Part shown: piece by piece, positions 39,524 through 48,919 of the stretch
Numbering within the stretch: the stretch's first letter is position 1
How the letters are laid out: each line of letters opens with the position of its first letter
DNA from: a virus
Taxonomy: Duplodnaviria > Caudoviricetes
Length of the DNA: 48,919 bases
IMG/VR virus record: IMGVR_UViG_3300026187_000025
Coordinates: 1 to 48,919 of that record
Strand: one strand, 5' to 3'
The notes under the pieces: generated by a model
The model's database searches: none
What the model saw: the letters and a program-made list of their open reading frames with translations, nothing else
Told to the model about the DNA's origin: nothing
Position numbers and translations under genes: made by a program

Positions 39524-39761
39524 ATATAACTTATTTAAAACCATACATGAAATAGTATTTTTCGGAAACGGAGGATATGATTGGTTTACCGTGTATGATA
39601 TGCCTATTTGGTTAAGAAAAGCTACATTTAATTTTATTAATGAGTCTATTAAACGTCAATCAGATGCTGAACAAGAAGCAATAAATAAAACCCAAAGTAA
39701 AGGATCCCCAAATGTTACTAATTTCGATTGGGCTAAACCAGATAAAAATAAGTTAAAGTAG
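39498..39761 (+). CDS. Second chaperone segment (gp51/gpT-like), probably reached by frameshift
   Basis: The +1 frame is open across the T7 run at 39497-39503; LFKTIHEIVFFGNGGYDWFTVYDMPIWLR. The track start at 39450 lies inside the previous gene. Confidence 0.6.
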   Translation, partial: FFGLTQEYRYNLFKTIHEIVFFGNGGYDWFTVYDMPIWLRKATFNFINESIKRQSDAEQEAINKTQSKGSPNVTNFDWAKPDKNKLK

Positions 39762-39766
39762 ATAAA

Positions 39767-39794
39767 TGAGAGGTGTCAAATTTGATACCTCTCA
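39767..39794. other. 28-bp near-perfect inverted repeat (hairpin or operator)
   Basis: TGAGAGGTGTCAAA/TTTGATACCTCTCA, one G-T mismatch, no clear U tract. Confidence 0.7.
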
Positions 39795-39826
39795 ATATTT
39801 ATTACATATAACTAATTAGTTAATAA

Positions 39827-42415
39827 ATGGCCGATAGCAGAACTAAAAATATTCAAGAAGCAAATCAACTTTTAGGGGAACAAATTAATTTGATGACCCA
39901 ATTAGCTGATGTCCTTAAAAATGTAGTTGCTGAGTCTAAAACAAAATCTACTTTAGAAAAAGGATCATTAGATTTATCTAGAAAAGCAGTCCAAGCTACT
40001 AGAGATTTATCCTCAGAATATGATAGTATAACATCTGTCCAAAAGGATATAACTAAAAATCAAAAACTTCAGCAAGATCTTGAAAAACAAGCTATTGCTC
40101 TTCAAAAACAATTTGGCAAAGGAGAAGAAGATTTACTTAAACAATTCAAGAAAAAACAAGAAGAATCTAAAAAAGCAGATCATCTAGCACGCGCTCTTCT
40201 TGAAAAACAAAAGAAAGGATTAAACATTAATGCTGACCAAGTTAAACGTGCTCAAGAATTAGCTGCTAGAAAACAAGAAGAATTAGCTATTACTGGTCAA
40301 ACTTTAGAGAATTATCAAGAACAAGCTGCATTTTTAACAGAACAAGGAGAAATATTAAATGAAAATTTAGTTTATTTAGCTGAGCAAGAACGAAGGCAAG
40401 AAAATCTTATCAAATCTGGATCTTTAATTACTGACGCTCTTAGTGGGACCGCTAAAGTATTCAACGAATTAAAAATGACTAAAATAGGTTCTATTTTTAG
40501 TAATGGGGCTAAAGAAGCTGAAAAATTAACCAAAGAAATGACTCAAGGAGGTAAAAGATCTCTTACGGGTTATGAAAAAATGAAAGTAGCTGTTAAAGGT
40601 ATAGGAGCAGCATTAAAAAGCGCATTTACTTTTACTAATCTTATAGGAGGCGCTGTTATGTTTTTGGTAAAACAATTTAAAAAGAAACAGGAAGCTGTAA
40701 AAGAAGCTAAAAATTATCTAGCCCAAGTTAGCGGTGAAGTTAAAGACATGGGAAAAAGTTTAGGTGTTTCTAATAATGTTGCTTCTAAATTATATGGTCA
40801 ATTTAACTCCATGGGTAAATCTATGGGTATGACTCGCCAAGAAGCAACAGGTGCCGGTAAAGCTATTTATGAATCATTAGGAGGAGTAGAACAACTTTCA
40901 GGAAAAACCGCCCAAACATTCTTAAAATTAAGTGCTCATGGTGGTGTAGCAGCAGATACATTAAAAGAAATGCATACGTTAGCTAAACTTACAGGTGAAG
41001 ATGCGGGTGATGTAGCTGAAAACGTAGCTAAAACTGCTCAAGGACAAATTAAGTCTCTTAAACTTAACGTTAGTATGAAAAACATCATGAAAGCAGTTGC
41101 TGGTGTTTCTAATAACGTAAAATTAGCTATGGGGGGATCAGCTGAAGCTATTACTAAAGCAGTAACTAAAGCTAAAAAATTAGGTCTTGAAATGAAAGAT
41201 GTTGAGGGTATAGCAAGTAGCTTACTTAATATCGAGGATTCATTAGCGGCTGAAATGGAAGCTGAATTGTTAACGGGTAAAGAATTAAATCTTGAAAAAG
41301 CAAGAGCAGCAGCTTTAAATAACGATCAAGTAGGTTTAATGGAAGCGTTAGCAGAACAAGGTATTACTCAAGCTGATTATGCTGGTATGAATGTTCTTCA
41401 ACAAGAAGCATTAGCTAAATCTTTGGGCATGAATCGTGACCAAATGGGTGATATGTTGGTTAAACAAAAAGAAAATACCGCTGAAAATACCAATCAAGTA
41501 GACATGCAAAAAGAAGGTATTAAAGCAATGACTACTATGTCCTCTTTAGCAGATAAATTAGCTAACCAAGAAGAACGTAGATTACAAGCTCAAACTAAAG
41601 GAGTAGAAGAAAATATGAGGTTTGAAGAAGCAATGTTGAGAATTCAAGAAGCTGTCCAACCTCTCTTAGATACACTCTTTGTTCCTATTATGAATACTAT
41701 CTCTACTATCGTAGAATATGTAGCTGATTTGCTTACTAGACTTATTGACGGAGGAGGCCAATTAAGTTTTTGGGAAAAAGCATTAGGAGGAATTTTAGTT
41801 ACTATTGGTAGTATAGCTTTGGTATATAAATCAGTCCAAGGTTATAATAAAGCCATTGCAGCATGGAAAGAAATCCAATTAGGTCTAGCCATCTCTCAGG
41901 GTACTGCAGAAAATGCTACCAAAGCCTCTATACTTGCGCAAACTGCTGGTATTATTGCCAACATCGGTCAAAAAACAATTGAATTAGGTATATCGATGGG
42001 TATTCTATCAGCTTCGTTAGCTACAAATGCTGCTGTCACTTTTGGTGTTGGTGTGGCCATTGCAATTGCTGCAGCAACTGCTGGGTATTTCGCTATTAAA
42101 GCATTAACTGGAGGTGGGGGTAGTAGTAGTGGTGAAGCTGCTATAGCTGATGATATGTTCTCTGAAGGAGGGTATGGTAAACGTACTTTGTTAGGGCCTG
42201 AAGGAGCAATTAGATTAAATGATAAAGATGATATTGTAGCTGGTACCGATTTATTTGATAAACAAGGAACCTCAGGAGGAGGAGGGATGAGTGGTGCTAA
42301 ACTTGATAAAATTGCTAATTTATTAGAACGTATATTAAGTAAAGAAGGTGGAGTATACATTGATGGAAATAAAGTAGGAGCTACAATAGCTTTAACAAAT
42401 TACGAACAACAATAA
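39827..42415 (+). CDS. Tape measure protein
   Basis: 862 aa, helical and Ala/Lys/Glu/Gln-rich; SLLNIEDSLAAEMEAELLTGKELNLEKAR motif; hydrophobic stretches; follows the chaperones; ends V.IDG.KVG. Confidence 0.85.
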   Translation: MADSRTKNIQEANQLLGEQINLMTQLADVLKNVVAESKTKSTLEKGSLDLSRKAVQATRDLSSEYDSITSVQKDITKNQKLQQDLEKQAIALQKQFGKGEEDLLKQFKKKQEESKKADHLARALLEKQKKGLNINADQVKRAQELAARKQEELAITGQTLENYQEQAAFLTEQGEILNENLVYLAEQERRQENLIKSGSLITDALSGTAKVFNELKMTKIGSIFSNGAKEAEKLTKEMTQGGKRSLTGYEKMKVAVKGIGAALKSAFTFTNLIGGAVMFLVKQFKKKQEAVKEAKNYLAQVSGEVKDMGKSLGVSNNVASKLYGQFNSMGKSMGMTRQEATGAGKAIYESLGGVEQLSGKTAQTFLKLSAHGGVAADTLKEMHTLAKLTGEDAGDVAENVAKTAQGQIKSLKLNVSMKNIMKAVAGVSNNVKLAMGGSAEAITKAVTKAKKLGLEMKDVEGIASSLLNIEDSLAAEMEAELLTGKELNLEKARAAALNNDQVGLMEALAEQGITQADYAGMNVLQQEALAKSLGMNRDQMGDMLVKQKENTAENTNQVDMQKEGIKAMTTMSSLADKLANQEERRLQAQTKGVEENMRFEEAMLRIQEAVQPLLDTLFVPIMNTISTIVEYVADLLTRLIDGGGQLSFWEKALGGILVTIGSIALVYKSVQGYNKAIAAWKEIQLGLAISQGTAENATKASILAQTAGIIANIGQKTIELGISMGILSASLATNAAVTFGVGVAIAIAAATAGYFAIKALTGGGGSSSGEAAIADDMFSEGGYGKRTLLGPEGAIRLNDKDDIVAGTDLFDKQGTSGGGGMSGAKLDKIANLLERILSKEGGVYIDGNKVGATIALTNYEQQ

Positions 42416-42450
42416 AAATTTAAATTTAATAATATTTATAATCAAAAATT

Positions 42451-42618
42451 ATGGCACTAATCGATCTATTAAAAAAATCCGTATTAAGTTTAGGAGGTAA
42501 AAAACCTTTAGTATATGATGCTAGTTCATCTGAAATCGAAAAAGATTTTGCTAAAGATTCTAAATTAGACCTAGATGGTCAAACACCACCCCAATATAAA
42601 GATAATCTACCCCGTTAA
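42451..42618 (+). CDS. 55-aa hypothetical protein (absent from the ORF track)
   Basis: MALIDLLKKS...SKLDLDGQTPPQYKDNLPR*; fills the gap exactly and follows ATATTTATA and an A-rich start. Confidence 0.75.
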   Translation: MALIDLLKKSVLSLGGKKPLVYDASSSEIEKDFAKDSKLDLDGQTPPQYKDNLPR

Positions 42619-42627
42619 TATTAATAT

Positions 42628-43923
42628 ATGGGGTTAGTTAAATTACTTACAGATCCAGGTCAATTTACATTCTATAAAGGTAAGGGATATCAATATAAAC
42701 CAAGAGAAATACCTTATGGAAATGATAGACCAGGTGGTGGTAGCAGCAGAGCACCACTAGTGACTACCCCTTTGCCTGATGTAGAATCAGATCCTACTTC
42801 TAAAACACTTCCCGATAGTCTTTATAGGGGGCAGGGTGTATTATCTCAAGCTGTTTTAGATGATACTCAAAGAATAACTAAATTTTTAACAACAAATGAA
42901 GGTTTACAATTTATAGCTAAACAACAAGCCCTTTTACTTAAAGATAATATAGCCCGGTATGGTAATAATATATTACAATATCAATTTTTTAACCCTATCC
43001 AGTTAATAGCCCAAACCGCACTTTCCGCGACCGGAGAACATCTAAAACAAGAAATTACTTTTGGTTTAAAACCTAGTTTTACTCGTGAAAGTAAATTTGG
43101 TGAATTTGAAGCTAATTGGAAGAAAAAAAATGCTCCTACTTTAGGAACTGATAGAATCACAACATCTCCTATGTATATTAATACTGAAAGAAAAACAGGA
43201 GATGGATATAACGATACTGTAGATCTTTATTTTACTAAAATAAATAATGATGGGACAGGAAATAACACATATATTCATTTTAGATCATATATAAGTGGAT
43301 TATCTGATAACTATGGAGCTGATTGGAAATCTTTTAGATATATGGGAAGAGGTGAAGACTTCTTTAAATATAACGGATTTAACAGAGATTTATCTTTTGA
43401 TTTTCAAGTCCCTGTATTTTCTCAACTAGAACAATCCTCAGTTTATTCTAAATTAAATTATATGGCTTCATGTATGGCTCCAGATTATACTAAAGGGGGT
43501 TTTATGAGAGGTAATTTATTTAAATTAACTATAGGAGATTATCTTATAGATGTCCCAGGGATTATTACAGGTTTAAGTTTAAATTTTGATGATAACGCAG
43601 GTTGGGACATTGGAACTTTCGATATAAATGGAAATAGAATTGAAGGAGGAAAAACCGGAATAGATATAGAGGGCAATTCAGTAAGTGGATCATGGGTAAT
43701 GCCTAAATTAATCTCTGTAGGAGGTTTTAAATTTAAACCAATTCATAATTTTATTCCACAAACAATCCAAGAAAGTTTTATAGCTACAGGAGATGGAAAA
43801 GAAAATAATGCCCCATTTATTTCCTTTGGAAAACAAGGAGAAACTACTTCTAATACTGGAGGATATAACCCCCCTGTTGACCCTTTAACTGCAGTTAATT
43901 TTAACGCAGCTCAAAAAAAATAG
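42628..43923 (+). CDS. Putative baseplate/tube-initiator protein
   Basis: C-terminal tube-like motif FRSYI..LSDNY.ADW....YMGRGE.F..Y.GF.R..SF.F...LTIGDY....PG; post-TMP position. Confidence 0.55.
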   Translation: MGLVKLLTDPGQFTFYKGKGYQYKPREIPYGNDRPGGGSSRAPLVTTPLPDVESDPTSKTLPDSLYRGQGVLSQAVLDDTQRITKFLTTNEGLQFIAKQQALLLKDNIARYGNNILQYQFFNPIQLIAQTALSATGEHLKQEITFGLKPSFTRESKFGEFEANWKKKNAPTLGTDRITTSPMYINTERKTGDGYNDTVDLYFTKINNDGTGNNTYIHFRSYISGLSDNYGADWKSFRYMGRGEDFFKYNGFNRDLSFDFQVPVFSQLEQSSVYSKLNYMASCMAPDYTKGGFMRGNLFKLTIGDYLIDVPGIITGLSLNFDDNAGWDIGTFDINGNRIEGGKTGIDIEGNSVSGSWVMPKLISVGGFKFKPIHNFIPQTIQESFIATGDGKENNAPFISFGKQGETTSNTGGYNPPVDPLTAVNFNAAQKK

Positions 43924-43937
43924 GAAAATAAATAAAT

Positions 43938-44261
43938 ATGGCTAGTAGATACCAAAATACCCCAATAATTTTATCCCCTACAAAAAATGAAAAAAGAGGA
44001 TTTCCTATTCAACGTAGCACTCGCTACCCAGAAATCCCTCTAGACGTAAACGATATTTATGCATATACTACTGAAGGAGATAGATTAGATTTGTTAGCTC
44101 AACAATTTTATGGTGATATTTCTTTATGGTGGATCATCTCAGCGGGGAATCCAGAAGTACTTTCATTAAATTCATTATTCATCCCTGTAGGAACTGAAAT
44201 CAGAATACCTTCAAATGTATCATTAGCAAAAAGTTTGTTTAATAGTTTAAATAGAATATAA
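43938..44261 (+). CDS. LysM-like baseplate protein (gp53/gpX-like)
   Basis: EGDRLDLLAQQFYGD.SLWWII..GN...IPVGTEIRIP. Confidence 0.8.
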   Translation: MASRYQNTPIILSPTKNEKRGFPIQRSTRYPEIPLDVNDIYAYTTEGDRLDLLAQQFYGDISLWWIISAGNPEVLSLNSLFIPVGTEIRIPSNVSLAKSLFNSLNRI

Positions 44262-44262
44262 T

Positions 44263-47262
44263 ATGCCAAGAAGTGGAAACATTACCGGCGAGGTTTTTGA
44301 AGAAGGTGTTATTAAACAAATAGATGTAAGGCAAAATTTTTTAGGTGCTAGATACAAAAATGATAATCACTTAATATTCCAAAACAACCAAAATTCTTTT
44401 ATCCGTTTATCATCTTCAGTTAATATTGGGGGTATAAAAGATACAGTTCAAAAAATAACAGCTAAAAAATTCACTAAAATGAATAAGTCGGAACAAGCTG
44501 CTGTACTTAAATCCGGAGCTGTTAAAGATGATAAAGGAAATTATGTTATAAATGATACAGTTGATACTACAACTGATGGAAAAAACCAACTAAAAGAAAG
44601 AGGACTTAACGAATCTAACACAGGTACAAAATTAGCCAAAGCTTGTGTTTTATTTGGCGGTGTTGTAGGTGTTGATGATAGTTTAAACCCCCAAACCAAA
44701 TTTGGTATTGTAAACAATGGGGGGTCAGATGATTTTGATTATATAAACACAATTGCTGCATATGGATGGGGAGGAATTGATAAAGGATATGCCCCTTTTC
44801 CAGGGATTGACAGTGCCGATATTAGTTTTTATAATAGAGGAGCACTTCAAAAAGCATCAGTAAAAATTAAAGTGCCTACTATATCCCAACTCCAAATTTT
44901 TGATTTACTTTATTTTAGAATAGGTTATACTATGCTTTTAGAATGGGGTCATAATGTTTGGTTAGGAAACGACGAAACTTTAAAAAATAGAACCGATTTT
45001 GTAACTGAACCTTTTAAAAAATTTTTTACCGAAGGTACTACCCAACAAGATGTTATCAAATCTATTAAAACCCAACGTTCTGATGATTCATATAATTATG
45101 ATGCTATGTTGGGTAAAATTACTAATTTTAAATGGAAATTCAATGATGATGGAAGTTATGATGTTGAATTAAATTTAATAGGGATGGGGGATATTATTGA
45201 ATCCCTTAAAGTTAACAAATCAGTAGTAGCTAAAGGAAATGTTCCCTTAACTCCATCCGAAGCTCTCAATAAAAAACAAAGTGGAGTAGATGCAGCTAAA
45301 CAAAGAGCAAAAGATAAAGAAAAGGCAGCACAAGATAAAATAGATAGAGAATCTGCTGCTTTTGGAACTAATACCCTTGAACCTGGAAGAAAAAAAATAA
45401 ATGGTCTTATAAAAAGATATAAAAATCTTAGTTATAGATCCAAATATTACTACTCTACAGGTCATATGTGGGTTAACGATGGGGTGATAGTAGCTATTGA
45501 AAATTTCCTAGACCAAAAAAAGGATATAACTACTTTTGATGAACCCTGGACATCAGCTTCAAATGCAGAAGCGGCAAAAACAACTTTTAAATCTGGGCAA
45601 GCATCTGTTGTACAAGGACTTAGACAAAGTATTATTGATTCTGAAGGTGGAGGCGATTTTGATGATTATTTCTATAATGATTATATAAAACATATTAATT
45701 TAATAAATGAAATTATAGAAACAGTAAACGGCATAACGGGCAGTCCGGGTGCTGGACGTATTGACGCAGCTAAAAAAAACGCAGAAGACGTTAAAGAACA
45801 AAATGAAGCCCTCAACGAGGAAATTTCAGCTATACAAAAATCAATCAATAAAGAAAAAGAGATATTATCACTATCTCCCGTTACTTCGGTTGAAAATAAA
45901 AATAAAACTTTATTTAACCTTCAATTATATGATTGGAGAGAACAAGCTAGAAAAGGTAAAGATAAAACCAATCTGTATAAACAAACAATGACCGCAAACT
46001 CAGCTAACCCTGATTCAACAGGTGTTTCTACTTTATCTTTAGATTTTTACTATGTTAGATTAGGACGGATGCTAGAATGGATTGAAAAAAACTTATTAGT
46101 ATATGATGATACTAAAAAAGATCCTGATTCTGATGACAATGAACCTAATCCTATTTTTAAAATAGATTATAACCCGGAAAATAATTTTTGTTTACGTTTT
46201 CCTGCCCAATTTTCATCTGATCCTACAGTATGTTTAATCCCAAGTAAATACAAATCAGATATTGCACAATGGGATATTCTTCCAAACTTGTCTGATTATT
46301 TTGTTGAAGGAGATGACTATAAAGGCAAACTAATGAATATTTTTATTAACATTGATCACACAGCCTCAGTATTAAATAGTAATGTAGATAAAAATGGTAA
46401 AGTAAGTCTTTTAAAATTTCTTACATCTTTATTAAACGATGTTGGAGATTGTTTAGGCAATGTAAATAGATTAGAACCCATATTTGATACAGAAGAAAAT
46501 CTTTTAAAGATTATTGAATCTAATGGGATGGATGATATTAGAGAATCTATTGTAGATGCTACTAATGAGGAAGAAAAAGAAAAAAATCCAATGGCTGTAT
46601 TCCAAGTATATGGAATAGGAAATATAGCTGAACCAGTAGGTAGTTTCGTTACAAATGTTGACTTCCAGGTCCAACTTCCCCCAAATATGGCCGCTATGGC
46701 TACAATATCGGCTCAAGCTGGAGGTAATATTGTAGGAGAAAATGCTACGGGTTTATCCAAATTAAATTTAGGCCTTCATGATAGATTAATCACTGTTAAA
46801 CTAGACAGAGCTAGTATAGATGGAGCTAAAACCGATGAAGAAGATCCTAAAAAAATATTTAATACTACAATTCAAGCTACTGCGAAAGAAGTATCTCAAC
46901 TATACACTAAAAAGTTCTATGCTAAAGATTCAGTAAGTGCGTTAAGATCAAATAATAGAGATATTGCTTTATACCTAACAGGGAATGAAGCATTAGAAGA
47001 AAAAATGCCATCCCCATTTTTTATACCGTTTGATCTAAAAGTAGACATGCAAGGACTCTCAGGAATGAGAAATTATGAAAGATTTTCAATTAGTGAAGGA
47101 GTACTCCCATATAGTTATAGATCTGGTGACCAAGGGGGAGTAATTGATTTTTTAATTAAGGGTATTTCTCATAAAATTAATGATAATGTATGGACTACAT
47201 CAATTAATACGTTAACTGTAAGTTCAATTAGGAAATGGAGTACAAAAAATCAAAGAAAGTAA
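44263..47262 (+). CDS. Putative baseplate hub-like structural protein
   Basis: 999 aa after the LysM gene; R.GYTMLLEWG, NYDAMLG.I.NF.W, C-terminal F.IKGISHKI....W.T.I typical of hub-like beta barrels. Confidence 0.5.
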   Translation: MPRSGNITGEVFEEGVIKQIDVRQNFLGARYKNDNHLIFQNNQNSFIRLSSSVNIGGIKDTVQKITAKKFTKMNKSEQAAVLKSGAVKDDKGNYVINDTVDTTTDGKNQLKERGLNESNTGTKLAKACVLFGGVVGVDDSLNPQTKFGIVNNGGSDDFDYINTIAAYGWGGIDKGYAPFPGIDSADISFYNRGALQKASVKIKVPTISQLQIFDLLYFRIGYTMLLEWGHNVWLGNDETLKNRTDFVTEPFKKFFTEGTTQQDVIKSIKTQRSDDSYNYDAMLGKITNFKWKFNDDGSYDVELNLIGMGDIIESLKVNKSVVAKGNVPLTPSEALNKKQSGVDAAKQRAKDKEKAAQDKIDRESAAFGTNTLEPGRKKINGLIKRYKNLSYRSKYYYSTGHMWVNDGVIVAIENFLDQKKDITTFDEPWTSASNAEAAKTTFKSGQASVVQGLRQSIIDSEGGGDFDDYFYNDYIKHINLINEIIETVNGITGSPGAGRIDAAKKNAEDVKEQNEALNEEISAIQKSINKEKEILSLSPVTSVENKNKTLFNLQLYDWREQARKGKDKTNLYKQTMTANSANPDSTGVSTLSLDFYYVRLGRMLEWIEKNLLVYDDTKKDPDSDDNEPNPIFKIDYNPENNFCLRFPAQFSSDPTVCLIPSKYKSDIAQWDILPNLSDYFVEGDDYKGKLMNIFINIDHTASVLNSNVDKNGKVSLLKFLTSLLNDVGDCLGNVNRLEPIFDTEENLLKIIESNGMDDIRESIVDATNEEEKEKNPMAVFQVYGIGNIAEPVGSFVTNVDFQVQLPPNMAAMATISAQAGGNIVGENATGLSKLNLGLHDRLITVKLDRASIDGAKTDEEDPKKIFNTTIQATAKEVSQLYTKKFYAKDSVSALRSNNRDIALYLTGNEALEEKMPSPFFIPFDLKVDMQGLSGMRNYERFSISEGVLPYSYRSGDQGGVIDFLIKGISHKINDNVWTTSINTLTVSSIRKWSTKNQRK

Positions 47263-47265
47263 TTT

Positions 47266-47925
47266 ATGCCTTATTATCCTAAAAATAAAATTATAACTAA
47301 TCTTTACACTAGTAGTGATAATGTGGTTCAAGTATCTACTTTAGAACCATATGTAGGTCCATATTATAAATTATCCAATGGTAAAACATATAAAGGTGCT
47401 ACCCCCCAATCATTTCGTTACCCTGAAGAAATAATTGACCTAAATTCCCTATCAAGAAAACCTAATTCCCCAGTTACCAATAAAATAGCTACCCCCTCTA
47501 CAACATCTATCATCAATTCAGATATTATAGGTAATTATATAGAGGTACTAGAAGATAAACCTGTTTCAAGATTTTTACCAACACCTTATTACCCAACCCC
47601 CTCGCCTACTGATTATAAAAGAGGATATTTTACAAGATATTTTGCTAAGCAAGTAAATGACTATTCATTTATTGAAATCAATGGTAAAACATATAAAAAT
47701 TTATCTCAAAATAACAGTGAATATCTTTGGGAATTATATTATGTAACTGAAATCCCATGGCAAATTAGTGGCGACGTAAATAAAGTATATAACACAAATA
47801 AAAATATAGTAGAAATTCAAGAAAAAAATAAATTTAGAGGATTATCTACATTTTTAAGAAAAAATTATCTAAAATTCTATTTAGATAAAGACGGACGTAA
47901 GGTTGGATATGTAAACGAAAAATAG
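47266..47925 (+). CDS. Hypothetical protein
   Basis: 219 aa; YVGPYY, P.P...DYKRGYFTRYF, W.ISG. Confidence 0.7.
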   Translation: MPYYPKNKIITNLYTSSDNVVQVSTLEPYVGPYYKLSNGKTYKGATPQSFRYPEEIIDLNSLSRKPNSPVTNKIATPSTTSIINSDIIGNYIEVLEDKPVSRFLPTPYYPTPSPTDYKRGYFTRYFAKQVNDYSFIEINGKTYKNLSQNNSEYLWELYYVTEIPWQISGDVNKVYNTNKNIVEIQEKNKFRGLSTFLRKNYLKFYLDKDGRKVGYVNEK

Positions 47926-47933
47926 TATATTTA
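47900..47933 (+). promoter_or_regulatory. AGGTTGGA-N18-TATATTTA promoter-like element upstream of the polymerase
   Basis: Same boxes and spacing as 27429-27462. Confidence 0.55.
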
Positions 47934-47950
47934 ATCCAAATTGGTTATAA

Positions 47951-48919
47951 ATGTACTGGTTAGTAGAGACGGAAGAACAAATTGATTATTTATTGAATAG
48001 AGGTTTTGAAGAAGCTTATATGGAGGTAATCCCTATATCTCACAATCAACACCCTGCTATTAATGACGTATCTTTAGTGTATTATAGACCTACTAATGAT
48101 ACTAAAGGTTATATGATATGTGTTGACCATAGTGAAGGATTAAGTGTAAGTAAAACGCGAGTAAACGAGTTATTAGAGCAAACAAAAAAGTTATGGACGT
48201 TAGATAAAAAAGATACGTTATTCTATTTTCCATTAAAAAGCTTGCTCGACGTTAACCTAATCTCTCCTACGTATATACAAGAACCAACAGCAGCACATTC
48301 AATTCTAGAACAGCGTTATAGCGATAAACAAGATTTGAACCGTATAGTGCCCATAGTTAAGCATTACGAGCGTAGCGAGACAACATATAACGCCGTAAAA
48401 CATAAGTTTAATGAGGTGTTATTACCGCATTTTGAGTTCTACAACAAATGGGCTACATTAGCATTTTTTGGGATAGAGCGTAATGGAATTAAAATAGATA
48501 AAGATGAATTCAAAAAACATTTTGACAGGGATCCGCAGGACGAGTTTGTATTTACTTCTTACAATCTTAAAACCCTTACTACAAGGCCTTCCAACAAGTA
48601 TGATGGTATCAACTATGCGGCTCTCAACAAGGAAAACGGTTGTAGGAAAAGCTTTATTCCTCGTAATGATGTCTTTGTGGAATATGATATTAGCGCCTAT
48701 CATCCTACTCTTAGTGGGATGCTTATCGACTTTGATTTTGGTGATGATGATATACATAAGACTTTTGCAAGCATGTATGGTGTTGATTACAAAAAGGCTA
48801 AGGAATTAACGTTTAAACAACTATACGGAGGAGTTTTTAAGGAATATGAACACCTTGAATACTTTAAAAAAATTAAATTATATATTGATGAGTTGTGGGA
48901 TAACTTTACTGAAAATGGG
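47951..48919 (+). CDS. Divergent family A DNA polymerase-like protein, 3'-truncated by the window (absent from the ORF track)
   Basis: Open for 323 codons from ATG 47951: MYWLVETEEQ...IERNGIKID...TTRPSN...INYAAL...RKSFIP...EYDISAYHP (motif A)...KAKELTFKQLYGG (motif B). Confidence 0.8.
   Translation, partial: MYWLVETEEQIDYLLNRGFEEAYMEVIPISHNQHPAINDVSLVYYRPTNDTKGYMICVDHSEGLSVSKTRVNELLEQTKKLWTLDKKDTLFYFPLKSLLDVNLISPTYIQEPTAAHSILEQRYSDKQDLNRIVPIVKHYERSETTYNAVKHKFNEVLLPHFEFYNKWATLAFFGIERNGIKIDKDEFKKHFDRDPQDEFVFTSYNLKTLTTRPSNKYDGINYAALNKENGCRKSFIPRNDVFVEYDISAYHPTLSGMLIDFDFGDDDIHKTFASMYGVDYKKAKELTFKQLYGGVFKEYEHLEYFKKIKLYIDELWDNFTENG

Noticed and set aside
27501-46716. Short internal or antisense ORFs (e.g. 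30172, 30823, 32175, 34612, 37414, 41968, 45247, 45749, 46504)
   Set aside because: Nested in well-supported genes, with no recognisable motifs.
36428-47262. Bacterial tailocin or extracellular contractile injection system
   Set aside because: Neck genes, phoH, a phage-type polymerase and uniform gene organisation point to a phage.
48458-48809. Track ORFs 48458..48757 (-) and 48504..48809 (+)
   Set aside because: They overlap the longer polymerase frame that starts at 47951.
1-48919. tRNAs, introns/inteins, reverse transcriptase/DGR, integrase, stop-codon recoding
   Set aside because: None seen. Intergenic gaps are tiny and genes read full-length in the standard code with TAA, TAG and TGA stops.

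Overview
AT-rich, entirely plus-strand segment of a large contractile-tailed (myovirus-like) phage genome. The host may be Bacteroidota, inferred from A-rich starts without Shine-Dalgarno sites and a TTG...TAnnTTT promoter-like element. Gene order: phoH, T4 gp13/14/15-like neck genes, a ~33 kb island, tail sheath, tube, chaperone pair, tape measure, baseplate-type genes, then a divergent family A DNA polymerase cut off by the window end. The island encodes five Gly-X-Y repeat proteins: a 582-aa protein, a 4,499-aa Ser/Thr/Gly giant, and three paralogous GPQ/GYQ collagen-like proteins with C1q/BclA-like ends. Seven modification genes follow directly: GT2+methyltransferase, two 2OG-Fe(II) oxygenases, a multidomain FkbM/GT4/GT25-like enzyme, GT4, FkbM, and a clear Aah/TibC-type protein O-heptosyltransferase homologue. 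The leading hypothesis is a phage-encoded system that hydroxylates, glycosylates and methylates its own virion fibres, possibly at a [ST]-G-S sequon that is also scattered through other virion proteins. All family calls come from motif recognition by eye; no database searches were run.
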